Shown here in pieces: positions 1 to 15,905 of a DNA stretch of 64,000 nucleotides. The stretch's first letter is position 1, and each line of letters opens with the position of its first letter. Both the position numbers and the translations under genes were made by a program. Origin of the DNA: Eledone cirrhosa (taxonomy: Eukaryota); contig OZ024751.1 in the NCBI GenBank assembly GCA_964016885.1, forward strand, positions 48,484,001 through 48,548,000, written 5' to 3'. The notes under the pieces were generated by a model that saw only the letters and a list, made by a program, of their open reading frames with translations, ran no database searches and was not told the origin of the DNA.

Positions 1-125
1 TACGATCTGAGTTCAAATCCCGCCGAGGTTGACTTTGCCTTTCATCCTTACGGGGGTCGATAAAATAAAGTACCAGTAATGCACTGGGTAATTGCTGGCC
101 TTGTGCCTAATGTAGAAACAATTAA
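1..125 (+). mobile_element. tRNA-derived SINE family A, 5' part cut by window edge
   Basis: B box GAGTTCAAATC followed by the core GCCTTTCATCCTTACGGGGGTCGATAAAATAAAGTACCAG, shared with copies at 4132, 4329, 10155, 47530, 63320 and 63772. Confidence 0.85.
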
Positions 126-134
126 TTTCTTTAT

Positions 135-255
<121 letters not shown>

Positions 256-622
256 GTGAAACTACTGCCATAGAAATATATACAAGAGATCTTTATGCAG
301 TGCATAAGAATTACGAGTGGCGCTATATTTCGAACTCATAGAAAGAACAAATTCACATGATCTTTACGATTTTCAGACGGGCAAATTGCCTTCATTGTCC
401 CTATCCAATTTTTTCTTTCTTAGTGCTGGTTGTTTCATTCTTTCTTTTATATATACACAAACGAATGTATGTATGAATTTATGTATGTATATGAAATGAC
501 ATATTCGTTATGAGGTACCTTACTAACTAGTCAGGTTAAAGCTAGACGTTCAATGGATCTCTGAAACCACATTCAGTATATTCGTATTAAATTATTATAC
601 CATAAAGCATTAATATAACGAA

Positions 623-801
<179 letters not shown>

Positions 802-1164
802 CAAGCATGGTGGCAAATGGAATTTAAAAGAAATATAAAATAAGTTACAAACAAGCAAACAAACTGCGAAAAATACTAATAACAGGAAATTTTTAGTCGT
901 CTTTCTTTCTTAGCAGCAATAAATCTCGATTACAGTTTGTAAGTCCGTTTCCAAGACAGAGGAAGAATCCTTCTAATTAGAATGTAGAAGTTTTCTAAGA
1001 TTTTCGCTTTCGTTGGATGATTGCAAACGCCATTTTGACAATGGCTGCCTGTGTTTTGTTCGGAAGAGACGGATCTCATTTTTCACATTTTGATTGTATT
1101 CAGTCGTCAAATATATTTTATACAAACTCAATTAACGTAATTGTTGTCAATGGGAATGGTGACA

Positions 1165-1905
1165 ACGGCGATGACAGCAAACGATGATGACGATGATGAC
1201 GATGATGATGATGGCAATGATGACAATGATGATGATGATGATGATGATGGTGATGATGATAATGATGATGATGATGATGATAATGATGATGGTGATGATG
1301 GCGATGGTGATAATGATGCGGATAAGCAATAGCGTTCATAACGACGACAACGACGACGACGACGATGATGATGATGATGATGTTCCTCAACACTATCACT
1401 ACCACCACCACCATCATCACCACCACCACCATCGCCATCGTCATCACCGTCGTCATCACCATCATTATGAGCACCACCATCAGCACCAACATCATCACCA
1501 TCACCATCACCATCACCATCACCATCACCATCGTCACCAGCCCCACCAACACCACCATCATCATCACCACTATTATCGTTCGTCATCATCACCACCATCA
1601 TCACAACAAACACCATCATCATTACCACGACAGTCACCATCATCTTCATCATCACAATCATCACAACCAGCACCATCATTATCATCACCCTCATCATCAT
1701 CACCATCATCATCGCCATCATCTTCATCATCACCATCATCTTCATCATCACCATCAATACAACCAGCACCATCATTATCATCACCCTCATCATCATCACC
1801 ATCATCATCCCCACCATCATCATCATCACCACCATCACCACCATCATCATCACCATCATCATTACCATCACCACCACCATCACCACCGTCATCATCATCA
1901 CCATG
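1165..1905. repeat. compound (GAT)n then (CAT/CAC)n microsatellite
   Basis: Imperfect trinucleotide arrays that switch strand near 1385. Confidence 0.95.
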
Positions 1906-2010
1906 ACTACCAGCTTATCATTATAGATATCTCATATTAGAGAGGATCAAACACGACAATACTTTTCCGTTTGCTGAAAGGTATCTCTGTAGAAGTGTGT
2001 GGGGATATAC

Positions 2011-2094
<84 letters not shown>

Positions 2095-2125
2095 TGTGTG
2101 TATGTATATATATATATATATATAA

Positions 2126-2209
<84 letters not shown>

Positions 2210-2257
2210 GTGTATATATATAAATATATGTATATATGCATATATATTTATATATAC

Positions 2258-2312
<55 letters not shown>

Positions 2313-2374
2313 TACACATATATATATATGTGTATATATATAAATATATATATCTATGTGTATATATATATAAA

Positions 2375-2436
<62 letters not shown>

Positions 2437-2528
2437 TAAATATATATATGTATATATGCATATATATTTATATATATATATGCATATATATATATATATG
2501 AATGTATTTGCATGTATATGTATATATG

Positions 2529-2560
<32 letters not shown>

Positions 2561-2925
2561 CATACATATATATATATACATATATATATATACATACACA
2601 CATATATATATATATATGTATATATGTATATATATATGTACACACACATGTATATGTATGTATTTATATGTTAATATATATGTGCATATATACATACATA
2701 AACCAAGATGGAATATGCACACACACACACACATATATATATGTGTGCGTGTGTGTATGTGTGTATGTGAGTGTGTGTGTGTGTGTTATGTGGGTGTCTG
2801 TATGTATTTATTTCTGTTAAACAATAATCCCATTTTTTCAATTCTCCATCTTTCTTAGTGAAAGGAATCTGTCCACCTTAGGGAACGATATATACTATTA
2901 TTATCATTACTATTATGAAAAGAAA

Positions 2926-2990
<65 letters not shown>

Positions 2991-3495
2991 TACTACTACT
3001 ACTTCTACTACTACTATTACTACTACCACTACTACTACTACTACTACTACAGTCTTTTTTACATTTTATTATCATCATAATTATTAGCATTATTATCATA
3101 ATTATTGTTGTTGTTGTTGTTGTTGTTGTTATATTTTCAGTCTATACTTCCTTTACATCTCTCCTTCGTTTCATCCACCTTCATTCTCCCATTCTCTCAT
3201 TCTCTCATTCATTCATTCATTCATTCATTCATTCATTCATTCATTCATTCGTTCGTTCTGGTCTTACGTGTCTTTTGTATGACTTAGATTGGTTTCCCAT
3301 GGGTTGCCAGGAGATGCTAATTTTCGACTTTAGTTTCCTTTCAAACTCTAACACAGTGACGCATCTGTTCTTATTAGTCAGACACAAACGTCATACTTGC
3401 ATCGCTGAATTCAAGACAACTCCTCGCTTTTGCTTAGATGAACTGATTTCGATACGCGTGAAATACACTACACACACTACACATCCATAATATAC

Positions 3496-3527
<32 letters not shown>

Positions 3528-3558
3528 GTGTATATATATATATATATATATACATATA

Positions 3559-3711
<153 letters not shown>

Positions 3712-3876
3712 TATATGTATATATATATATATATATATACATATATATATGTATATATATATATACATATAAATATATATACAGTATATGTATATATATA
3801 TATTCATTTACATATATATATGTATATATAGATATATGTATGTATTTATGTATATATATATATATATCTATCTATG

Positions 3877-3907
<31 letters not shown>

Positions 3908-3989
3908 TTACATATATATGTATATATATATATATATATATAAAATATTTACTTGTTGTATCCCAACAATTTTAAATAGAACTTTTGCA

Positions 3990-4060
<71 letters not shown>

Positions 4061-4131
4061 TACATATATATATACATACACACACACATATACCTATATA
4101 GGTTTCGATTTCATTTATGATAATAATTATT

Positions 4132-4321
4132 GGCGGTGGATTGGCAGTATCGGTAGAGGGACGGACTCTATGCTTTGACGCATAGAGTTACGGCCCTTGC
4201 CATTCTGAGTTCGAATCCCGCCGAGGTTAACTTTGCCTTTCATCCTTACGGGGTCGATAAAATAAAGTACCAGTAATGCACTGGGTATTTGCTGGCCTTG
4301 TGCCAAAACGTAGAAACAATT
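4132..4321 (+). mobile_element. full-length SINE family A
   Basis: A box TGGCAGTATCGG, B box GAGTTCGAATC, conserved central domain (resembles the MetaSINE domain, from memory), tail GGCCTTGTGCC..AGAAACAATT. Confidence 0.9.
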
Positions 4322-4328
4322 TCTAATG

Positions 4329-4500
4329 AGAGGGTCGGACGCCATGTTTTGCAGCATAGAGTTACGTCCCTTTACGGCCTGAGTTCAATTCCTTTCAAGG
4401 TTAGCTTTGCCTTTCATCCTTACGGCGTCGATAAAATAAAGTACCAGTAATACAGTGGGATAATTGCTGGCCTTGTGCCAAATATAGAAACAATTATTAT
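4329..4500 (+). mobile_element. 5'-truncated SINE family A copy in tandem with 4132-4321
   Basis: Aligns to the preceding copy from AGAGGGTCGGAC onward. Confidence 0.85.
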
Positions 4501-4979
4501 TGGTATAGCTGTTGTTGATGTTATGATTTCTGTAAAGTAAGTATGGTGTATTCCTTTCTCAGTAGAGTGTAGGTGGAGTGTGGTGGTGAGTGGAGGGTGG
4601 GTGAAGTGTGAGTGGAAGTTAAGGAGTGGCGTGGAAGGAAGACGAAGAAGGAGGGTTACAGTGTGGAGGTTAGAGGGGTGGAATGTAGTGGAAAGTGGAG
4701 TGTGAAGGATGGGTAGTGTGTGGAGGTTTGAACGTGGAGGGAGGTTAAATGTAGTGGAGTGTGGGGTGTGGGGTGCGGAAGGTGGGTGGAATGCGGAGGG
4801 TAAATCGAGTGCGGAGAGTGAGTGGAGTGTGGAGGTTTAAGAGTGGAGTGCAGAGGTTTAAGAGTGGCAGAGTAGAGAGTAGAGTGAAGGTTTTAGTATA
4901 TATTCTCCTCCATGTCTCGCCCTCTTGTTCTGCTTTTCTCTTCATCGTTCTTTCTCTGGTGAACCACTGACACACACAC

Positions 4980-5136
<157 letters not shown>

Positions 5137-5149
5137 CACACACACATGC

Positions 5150-6904
5150 TACCATCATATCACCACCATTGCTATGTCCATACCACCACCATAGCTACCA
5201 TCATATCTTTATCATTACTAACACAACCATTACTACTACCATATCACCGCAATTAGTATCACCGTACTACCATTACACACCATACATTCACCATTACTAA
5301 CACCGTAACACCACCATTGCTACCACCAACCACCACCATTGCTACCACCAACCACCACCATTACTACCACCATACCAGCAGAATACCACCATAATTAATA
5401 CCACCATAACACCATTACTACAGCCATACCACCACCATTACTACCACCATAACACCATTACTACCACCATACCATCACCATTACTACCACCATAACACCA
5501 TTACTACCACCATACCACCACCATTACTACCACCATAACACCATTACTACTACCATACCGTCCACCATTACTACCAGCATACCACCATGACTATAACCAT
5601 ACCACCACCATTACTACCACCATACCACCATTACTACAACCATACCACCAACATTACTACCACGATACCACCATTACTACAACCATACCATCACCATTAC
5701 TGCCACCATAACACTATTACTACAACCATAACACCACCATTACTACAACCATACCACCACCATTACTACCACCATAACACCATTACTACAACCATACCAC
5801 CACCATTACTACAATCATACCATCACCATTACTACCACCATAACACCATTACTACCACCATACCACCATTACTACAACCATAACACCATTACTACCACCA
5901 TACCGTCACCATTACTACCACCATACCACCATTACTACAACCATACCACCACCATACCACCATTACTACAGCCATAACACCATTACTACAACCATACCAT
6001 CACCATTACTACCACCATACCACCATTACTACAACCATACCATCACCATTGCTACCACCATAGCACCATTACTACCACCATACCACCACCATTACTATAA
6101 CCATAACACCATTATTACAACCATACCGTCACCATTACTACCACCATAACACAATTACTACCACCATAACACCATTACTACCACCATACCGTCACCATTA
6201 CTACCACCATAACACCATTACTACCACCATACCACCATTACTACCACCATACCACCACCATTACTACCACCATACCACCACCATTACTACCACCATACCA
6301 CCATTACTACAACCATACCATCACCATTACTACCACCATACCACCATTACTACAACCATACCACCAACATTACTACCACCATACCACCATTACTACAACC
6401 ATACCACCACCATTACTACCACCATTACTACAACCATACCATCACCATTACTACAACCATACCACCACCATTACTACCACCATTACTACAACCATACCAT
6501 CACCATTACTACAACCATAATACCATTACTACCACCATAACACCATTACTACCACCATACCGTCACCATTACTACCACCAAAACACCATTACTACCACCA
6601 AAACACCATTACTACTACCATACCATCACCATTACCACCATACCACCAGCAGAACTACCTCCATACCACCACCACCAATTCTACCATCATACCATCACCA
6701 CCACCACCACCACCACCACCACCACCACCACCACCACCACCACCACCACCACCAATTCTACCACCATACCATCACCATTACCACCATACCACCACCAGAA
6801 CCACCACCACCACCACCACCACCACCACCAATTCTACCACCACCACCACCACCAGCACCACCACCACCACCTCCACCAATACTACCACCACCACCACCAG
6901 CACC

Positions 6905-6935
<31 letters not shown>

Positions 6936-7015
6936 ATTCTACCACCACCACCACCAGCACCACCATCACCACCACCACCACCACCACAACCACCACCAAT
7001 TCTACCACCACCACC

Positions 7016-7046
<31 letters not shown>

Positions 7047-7193
7047 CCAATACTACCACCATACCATCACCATTACCACCATACCACCACCAGAACCACC
7101 ACCACCACCACCACCACCACCAATTCTACCACCACCACCACCACCACCACCACCACCACCACCACCACCACCACCAATTCTACCACCACCACC

Positions 7194-7224
<31 letters not shown>

Positions 7225-7262
7225 CCACCACCACCAATACTACCACCATACCATCACCAACA
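5150..7262. repeat. ACC/ATT/ACT compound minisatellite (CCATTACTACCACCATA-like units) grading into (ACC)n
   Basis: Repeated ACCATTACTAC(C/A)ACCAT(A/AC) units. Confidence 0.95.
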
Positions 7263-7514
7263 ATCATTATCTCTATCCCAGGTTTTTGTCCAATTCAATT
7301 CCACAAGACAGGTTAAAGAGGCGACATGGTTTAAACCTGAATTGGTCTTGAGCGTTCAATGTCTGACATTAATAAAGAATGTTATGTAGTAATTTCCAAG
7401 AGTAATCGCGAATGTATGTATGTATGTATGTATGTATGTATGTATGTATGTATGTATGTATGTATGTATGTATGTATGTATGTATGTATGTATGTACCTA
7501 ACTATGTATGTTTG

Positions 7515-7605
<91 letters not shown>

Positions 7606-7789
7606 ATGTATATATATCTAAGTATATATATATATATATACACACATTCTTATGAGTATTATATATGCAAAAGCGTACAGAGTAAATGCAAACGAACATC
7701 GACACATATACACACCACACAAACACATACACCCACACCCCTCTCTCTCTCTCTTTCTCTTTCTCTCTCTCACTCCCTCTCTCTCTTTC

Positions 7790-7846
<57 letters not shown>

Positions 7847-7922
7847 TTATATATATATCTTTATATATATATATATATAAAGATATATATATATATATTT
7901 TTATGTCTATATATATATATAT

Positions 7923-7988
<66 letters not shown>

Positions 7989-8304
7989 ATATATATATAT
8001 ATACTGATGCGTCACCTTAACCACTCTGTATTTAGTCTGTTGTGATAGAGCTATAAATGTTAATAATTACACCATACTAATATGGCCATCTCCTCCTTTT
8101 CAAGCTGTACAACCTTATAATTCAATTTTAACATTTCTCCATTTAATCCACACTATAAAATATAAAAACTGGCCGTGTGTCTCAAAATAATTACAATATA
8201 TTTTTCGAAGAGAAATTTTTATTGTATTATTGTTTCATTGATATGCTAGTCGCAAATTTATGTGTTTTCGTATTTTCGTAATTTTTTTGTTTGTAAAAAA
8301 GCAG

Positions 8305-8356
<52 letters not shown>

Positions 8357-8496
8357 CACATATAGTTAAATTATATTTAGAGGTTTTTTTATTTTATATT
8401 TTTATATGTATAGATTTCTGTTTTATTTATTTGATCAGTGTGAAAGCATATAAAAATGGTATTATACACACACACATACACATATATATATATATA

Positions 8497-8597
<101 letters not shown>

Positions 8598-9010
8598 CAC
8601 ATACACACACACACACATATCTATATCTATATATAAACGTCTCTCTCTCTGTATATATATATGCTTATAAATATTTATATATACGTTTACGTGCATATAT
8701 TTATGTTTATATCTATATATAAAAGTTCATATATATTTTAATAATAACGATAAACTAAAATTAAAAGCAAAATGGAAAACGGAATTAAATAATAGAGAAT
8801 ATATATTGTAAATTTTTAAGTATTGTTAGTGCTTTGTATTTATTTCTCATTATATTTGTTCGAATTCATATTTATTCTTATATTCCCATATTTCTATATG
8901 GTGTTATTAATAATAGTAATTGCTTTACACTGAGAATTATTTATTTAAACATCGGTAAAATGGTGTTCTGAACTACTAATGCGTTTACTGTATGGAAATA
9001 TGTTAAGAAT

Positions 9011-9248
9011 AAATATAAAACTAAAAAATATAAAAAATATAACAAAATAAAAGAAACGGAAGGTTTATGTTAAAATAAACTACAGATCTTTAGCATTTAT
9101 AATTATTTCTTTTGGTTTATAATTTTTAAATATAAAACTAAAAAAATATAAAAATTATAACAAAATAAAAGAAACGGAAGGTTTATGTTAAAATAAACTA
9201 CAGATCTTTAGCATTTATAATTATTTCTTTTGGTTTATAATTTTTAAA
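9011..9248. repeat. two-copy tandem duplication, ~119 bp
   Basis: AAAGAAACGGAAGGTTTATGTTAAAATAAACTACAGATCTTTAGC present twice. Confidence 0.95.
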
Positions 9249-10154
9249 CTTAGATGGAAATGGTTAATACGTTTTTCTTTCAAATTTGTTACTGTAATTG
9301 AGTTATCAATTCGCGTTAAATTATGATGTTTATATCGTTTTCAATACCATATATTATTGAGAATGGGATGCGAATTGCTCGTAAATCGACATAAATCGAG
9401 TCACAGATTCGCTATTTGTCGTGAAACTAGTCATTTTATTCCCAAGCAATATCTTCTTCTTCCGGCTGTCCGAGACATGTGTACCCCCACCCCCCACCTG
9501 GCACATACAGGCGAAGGCACATACACACATACACAGAGACGACGACACAGACACACGACACAAACATACATACACACACACACGAAGGCACAGACACAAA
9601 CACCCACATACACTCACATACAGAAACAAACAGAGAGACACACAAACACACACTTACAATGCAACATACACTTACACCCAGACACGCAGGCGCATTCACT
9701 CACATGAAAAAACAGACACACAGACACACACACACACACACACACACAATGCAGCATACACGTACACCCAGAGATGCAGACACATACACACGCAGATACC
9801 CAGACACACAGAAACATATACACACAGACATCCAAACACAAAGACATACAGATACACAGACACACACACATACTCATATATACACTGATGCACGCAGAAA
9901 CATGCACACACACGCACATAGTCGCACACTGACACACACACACACACACACACACACAGAGATAAACAGGCAGGCAAACATAAAGATACATCGATACAGA
10001 CACAGATTTACACACTTTCTTATGGTTGGTCATCATATTTCTCCAACTGTCGTTCATCTTTGTTACACCTTCCTTGTATCGAACAAGTGGTGGTATTTCA
10101 TTGTCACAGAAGCACTTCAATTATGAGCTGCCATGGACCGAAATAGGAAACCTG

Positions 10155-10326
10155 CACAAGGCCAGCAATTATCCCAGTGCATTACTGGTACTTTATTTTA
10201 TCGACCCCGTAAGGATAAAAGGCAAAGTTAACATCGGCGGGATTTGAACTCAAACCATAAAGTGCCGTAACACTTTGCTGCAAAGCATGGCGTCCGACCT
10301 TCTACCGATACTGCCAGTCTACCGCC
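10155..10326 (-). mobile_element. SINE family A
   Basis: Reverse complement of 4132-4321. Confidence 0.9.
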
Positions 10327-10399
10327 CTGAGCAAATATAATAATGATAAAAATAATAGTGATAATAATATCTTCTAATGCAGGGGAGACTTGTGATGGG

Positions 10400-11460
10400 A
10401 GAGTGAACTTGTTGTTGAGCAACATGACAGAGATAGACCCCAGGATCTTGTGATTGAAGAGTGGACTTATTGTGGAAAAATGATGGAGGTAGAACTCAGG
10501 ACCTTGTGTTTGGGGAGTGAACTTGTTATTGTGGTAAACATGGTTAAGGTAGAACCGAGGACCTTGTGATTGGAAAGGGAACATATTGTGCCACCATAAT
10601 TGAGGTAGAACCCAGGATCTGGTGACTTAAGAGTGAACTTGAATATTGTGTCACCATGACAGAGATAGAACTCAGAACCTTATAACTGGAAATTGAACCT
10701 GCTATTGTGCAAACATAATTCAGGTAGAGACCAGGACCATGTGATTGGAAAGGGAACTTATTAATGAAGCAAAATGATTGTGATGGAACCCAGGACCTTG
10801 TGACTGAAGAGCGAACTTATTATGTCACCATGATTGAGATAGAACCCAGGACCTTGTGAGTGGAAAGTGAACTTATTGTGGTAACATGATTGAGATAGAA
10901 CCCTAAGTGAACCCTAAGTGAACTTATTGTGTCACCATGATTGAGATAGAACCCAGGACCTTGTGATTGGAAAGGGAACTTATTGTGGTAACATGATTGA
11001 GATAGAACCCTAAGTGAACCCTAAGTGAACTTATTGTGTCACCATGATTGAGATAGAACCCAGGACCTTGTGATTGGAAAGGGAACTTATTGTGGTAACA
11101 TGATTGAGATAGAACCCTAAGTGAACCCTAAGTGAACTTATTGTGTCACCATGATTGAGATAGAACCCAGGACCTTGTGATTGGAAAGGGAACTTATTGT
11201 GGTAACATGATTGAGATAGAACCCTAAGTGAACCCTAAGTGAACTTATTGTGTCACCATGATTGAGATAGAACCCAGGACCTTGTGATTGGAAAGGGAAC
11301 TTATTGTGGTAACATGATTGAGATAGAACCATGGTTGAGGTAGAACCCCGGACATTATGATTTTAAAGTGAACTTATTGCAGCAAACATGATTGAGATAG
11401 AACCCAGGACCTTGTGAATGGAGAGTTGAACTTGTTATTGTGGCGAATTGATTGAGATAG
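10400..11460 (-). repeat. ~53-bp minisatellite with a homogenised 107-bp higher-order core, probably SINE-head derived
   Basis: AACTTATTGTGTCACC recurs at 10921, 11028, 11135 and 11242; the minus-strand unit contains B-box-like CCTGGGTTCTATCTC. Confidence 0.9.
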
Positions 11461-11776
11461 AAAATGCAATGTTTGTAAGTGCAAAGAGTAAAGAGTGACA
11501 CACACAAGACTTATTATTATGGTAAATCTCATGTATTCATAATTCTGACGCAATCACTGTATTTCTCCCCCTTTCTCTTCCTTCATGTCACAATTTCTCT
11601 CTTTCTCTCTCACACTTTACACATTACTTCTTTTCTATATAACCACACGTACAGATGTATTCAGATACACACACACACACACACATACATTCTCTCTCTC
11701 TCCCTCTCTTACACGCACACACACACGCACGCACACCACACACACGCACGCACACACACACGCGCACATACACACA

Positions 11777-11832
<56 letters not shown>

Positions 11833-11931
11833 TACATGCACATACTCGTACGGACATCCTTAATATATAACCACACGTACACTGTATTCAGACATACTTT
11901 CGTTCTCGCTCTCTCTCTCTCTCACACACAC

Positions 11932-12013
<82 letters not shown>

Positions 12014-12182
12014 TTATATACACACATACATATGTATATATATATATATATATGAACACATGCATTTTCGTACGAACATCCTACATAAACCATCTGCGCC
12101 TTTTATAGGAGAGCATGATTTAATGATGAAGCCTTGATTCCATTGTCGATGTGCAATTAATTCTTCTCTCTCTCTTTGTCTA

Positions 12183-12285
<103 letters not shown>

Positions 12286-12289
12286 TATG

Positions 12290-12321
<32 letters not shown>

Positions 12322-12452
12322 CATATATATGTATATATATATACATATATATATACATATAAATGTATATATGTATGTATATATATATGTATATAAATAT
12401 ACATATGTATATATATATATATATATATACATATAAATGTATATATGTATGC

Positions 12453-12547
<95 letters not shown>

Positions 12548-12597
12548 AACATACATATATATATATATATATAAGTATACTCGAGAACGAGAGAGCA

Positions 12598-12650
<53 letters not shown>

Positions 12651-12777
12651 ATTCTCTCGATCTCTTTCTCTGTTACAATACACCTCTATCTTTCTATAGC
12701 ATTCCACTCTCTCATCTTTGCGACGTCAAGTCCTCTCTCTTTCTCTCTCTTTGTGTTTATACACACACACACACACA

Positions 12778-12821
<44 letters not shown>

Positions 12822-12861
12822 TACATATATATATATACATATATATATATATACATGTATA

Positions 12862-12899
<38 letters not shown>

Positions 12900-12947
12900 T
12901 ATATATATATATATGTACATATATATATATATATACATATATATATT

Positions 12948-13018
<71 letters not shown>

Positions 13019-13184
13019 TATATATATATATATACATACATATATGTACACACATATATATATATGCATATATATATATATATATGCATATATATATATA
13101 TATGTACACATACACATATATATATATATATACATATATATGTACATATATATGTATATATATATGTACATATATATATATATA

Positions 13185-13264
<80 letters not shown>

Positions 13265-13362
13265 TATATGTATATATATATGTATGTCTCCCTGTGATTC
13301 GACGTTTTTCTCTCGCTCTTTGTTTTAACTGCCTCTACTCCTCTCTATTTCTCTGTCTCTGA

Positions 13363-13435
<73 letters not shown>

Positions 13436-13593
13436 TCTCTCCTGATTTATCACCCATCACCCTTACTTTTGCCGTTTCCGTCTCTCTCACCCTCTCTCTT
13501 ATTGTTATGATCTCTCTTTCTTTCTCTTTACTTTTCACTTCACCGAGCATTAAATTAAAGAGAGAGAAACATCGAAACGAAGATAAAGGAATA

Positions 13594-13619
13594 CAGTAGT
13601 AGTAGTAGTAGTAGTAGTT

Positions 13620-13660
<41 letters not shown>

Positions 13661-13838
13661 AGTTGTAGTAGTAGTGGTAGTAGTACTAGTAGTGGTAGTA
13701 GTAGTTGTAGTAATAGTAGTGGTAGTTGTAGTACTAGTGGTAGTAGTAGTTGTAGTAGTAGTAGTAGTAGTAGTAGTTGTAGTAGTAGTAGTAGTAGTGG
13801 TAGTAGTTGTAGTAGTAGTAGTAGTGGTAGTAGTAGTT

Positions 13839-13870
<32 letters not shown>

Positions 13871-13884
13871 TGTAGTAGTAGTTT

Positions 13885-13939
<55 letters not shown>

Positions 13940-13976
13940 TGTTGTAGTAGTAGTAGTTGTAGTAGTAGTAGTAGTT

Positions 13977-14021
<45 letters not shown>

Positions 14022-14033
14022 TTGGTAGTAGTT

Positions 14034-14071
<38 letters not shown>

Positions 14072-14072
14072 T

Positions 14073-14111
<39 letters not shown>

Positions 14112-14123
14112 TTGGTAGTAGTT

Positions 14124-14180
<57 letters not shown>

Positions 14181-14192
14181 TTGGTAGTAGTT

Positions 14193-14239
<47 letters not shown>

Positions 14240-14285
14240 TGTAGTAGTAGTAGTAGTAGTAGTAGTAGTATTATTGGTAGTAGTT

Positions 14286-14340
<55 letters not shown>

Positions 14341-14922
14341 TAGTAGTAGTAGTAGTGGTAGAAAATTAGTAGTTGTAGAATTGGAAGAGGGAGGAGGAGA
14401 AGGGAAAAGAAGAAGAAATAGAGAAGGCTGATAATGAGGATGATGGTGGTGGTGGTGGTGGTGGTGGTGGTGGTGGTGGTGGTGGTGGTGGTGATGATGA
14501 TGAAGGGGATGATGTTGATGATGGTGGTGGTGGTGGTGGTGATGAGGGTGATGATGATGCTGGTGGTGGTGTTGTTGATGTTGATGAAGGTGGTGGTGAT
14601 GATGTTGATGATGATGGTGGTGGTGGTAGTGGTGGTGGTGATGATGATGATGTTGATGGTGATGATGAAGGGGATGACGATGGTGATTTTGATGATGGTG
14701 ATGGTGGTGGTGGTGGTGGTGGTGATGATGTTGTTGATGGTGGTAGTGGTGGTGGTGGTGTTGATGAATTATGATCATGACGACGTCGGTGATGATTCTG
14801 CTGCTGATGATGCTGATAATGATGATGATGATGACGACAACGACGTTGATGATGAAGATGATGATGATGGTGGTGGTGGTGATCCTGATGATAATGATGA
14901 TGATGGTGATGATGATGATGAT
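13594..14922. repeat. (TAG)n array followed by (GGT/GAT)n array
   Basis: Direct inspection. Confidence 0.97.
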
Positions 14923-15460
14923 GTGAAGGAGCTGCAATGTAGAAGAATAAAGAGAATGTTTTCCACCATTTCTGCCAATTCTTCTGACCTAAAGTCTGCG
15001 AGTAGACATTTCCTGGAATTAATTGTTAATCCTTTACTTCAAACGATTGAAGCAGGTTCAAATGAAATTCTAAATATTTACAATGAGAGAAGAGATAGAG
15101 AGTGAGAGAGAAAGAGAGAGAGATGGGAAGGAAAGAGAGTTGAGGAGAGAAGTGGGAGAGGAAAGAGTGAAGAGGGGGGAGGGGGAGCTGAGAGGAGAAG
15201 AGAGAGTGGAGGGGAGTATATGGACAGAGAGAAAATATAGTTGAGGAGAGAGATGAGAGGTGTGATAGGAGAGAGAGAGAGAGAGACAGAGATATGAGAG
15301 GAGAGACAGAGCAAGAAAAAGAGAGAGAGAGAAAGGAGAGACAGAGAGAGGTGTGATAGGAGAGAGACAGAGAGAGATAGGAGAGGAGAGACACAGAAAG
15401 AGAGAGAGAGAGAGTGAGAGAGGTGTGATAGGAGAGAGACAGAGAGAGATAAGAGAGGAG

Positions 15461-15491
<31 letters not shown>

Positions 15492-15905
15492 GAAGTGTGA
15501 CAGGAGGGAGAGAGAGGTAGGCGATGAGAGACAGAGAGAGTTGAAGAGAGAGATGAGAGTTGAGAGAGGAGAAGAGAGAAGAGAGAGGAGAGGAGAAGAG
15601 AGACAGAGGGAGATAAGAAGAGAAGAGAAAAGATAGAGATAGAGAAGGGGGAAGGATGGAAGCAGAAAAATGAGGGTGAGGAAGGATAGAGAGACATAGG
15701 AGAGTGAGAAGGGAGATGAGAGGAAATATAGATAAGAGGAAAGGGAGAGAGGAATAGATAGATAGAGATAGAAAGATGGCGAAACAGGAAGGGGAAAAGT
15801 GCGAGAAAAACATATATTTAGATAGAAAAGCAGAGCAAAAGATGGGTAGAAATATAATGGGTAAAGGAAGAGAGTGAAAGAGAGTTATTTAGATAGATAG
15901 ATATA

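Noticed and set aside
10870-11330. CRISPR-like regular repeats (also 38385-39045)
   Set aside because: No unique spacers, no cas genes, eukaryotic context; plain minisatellites
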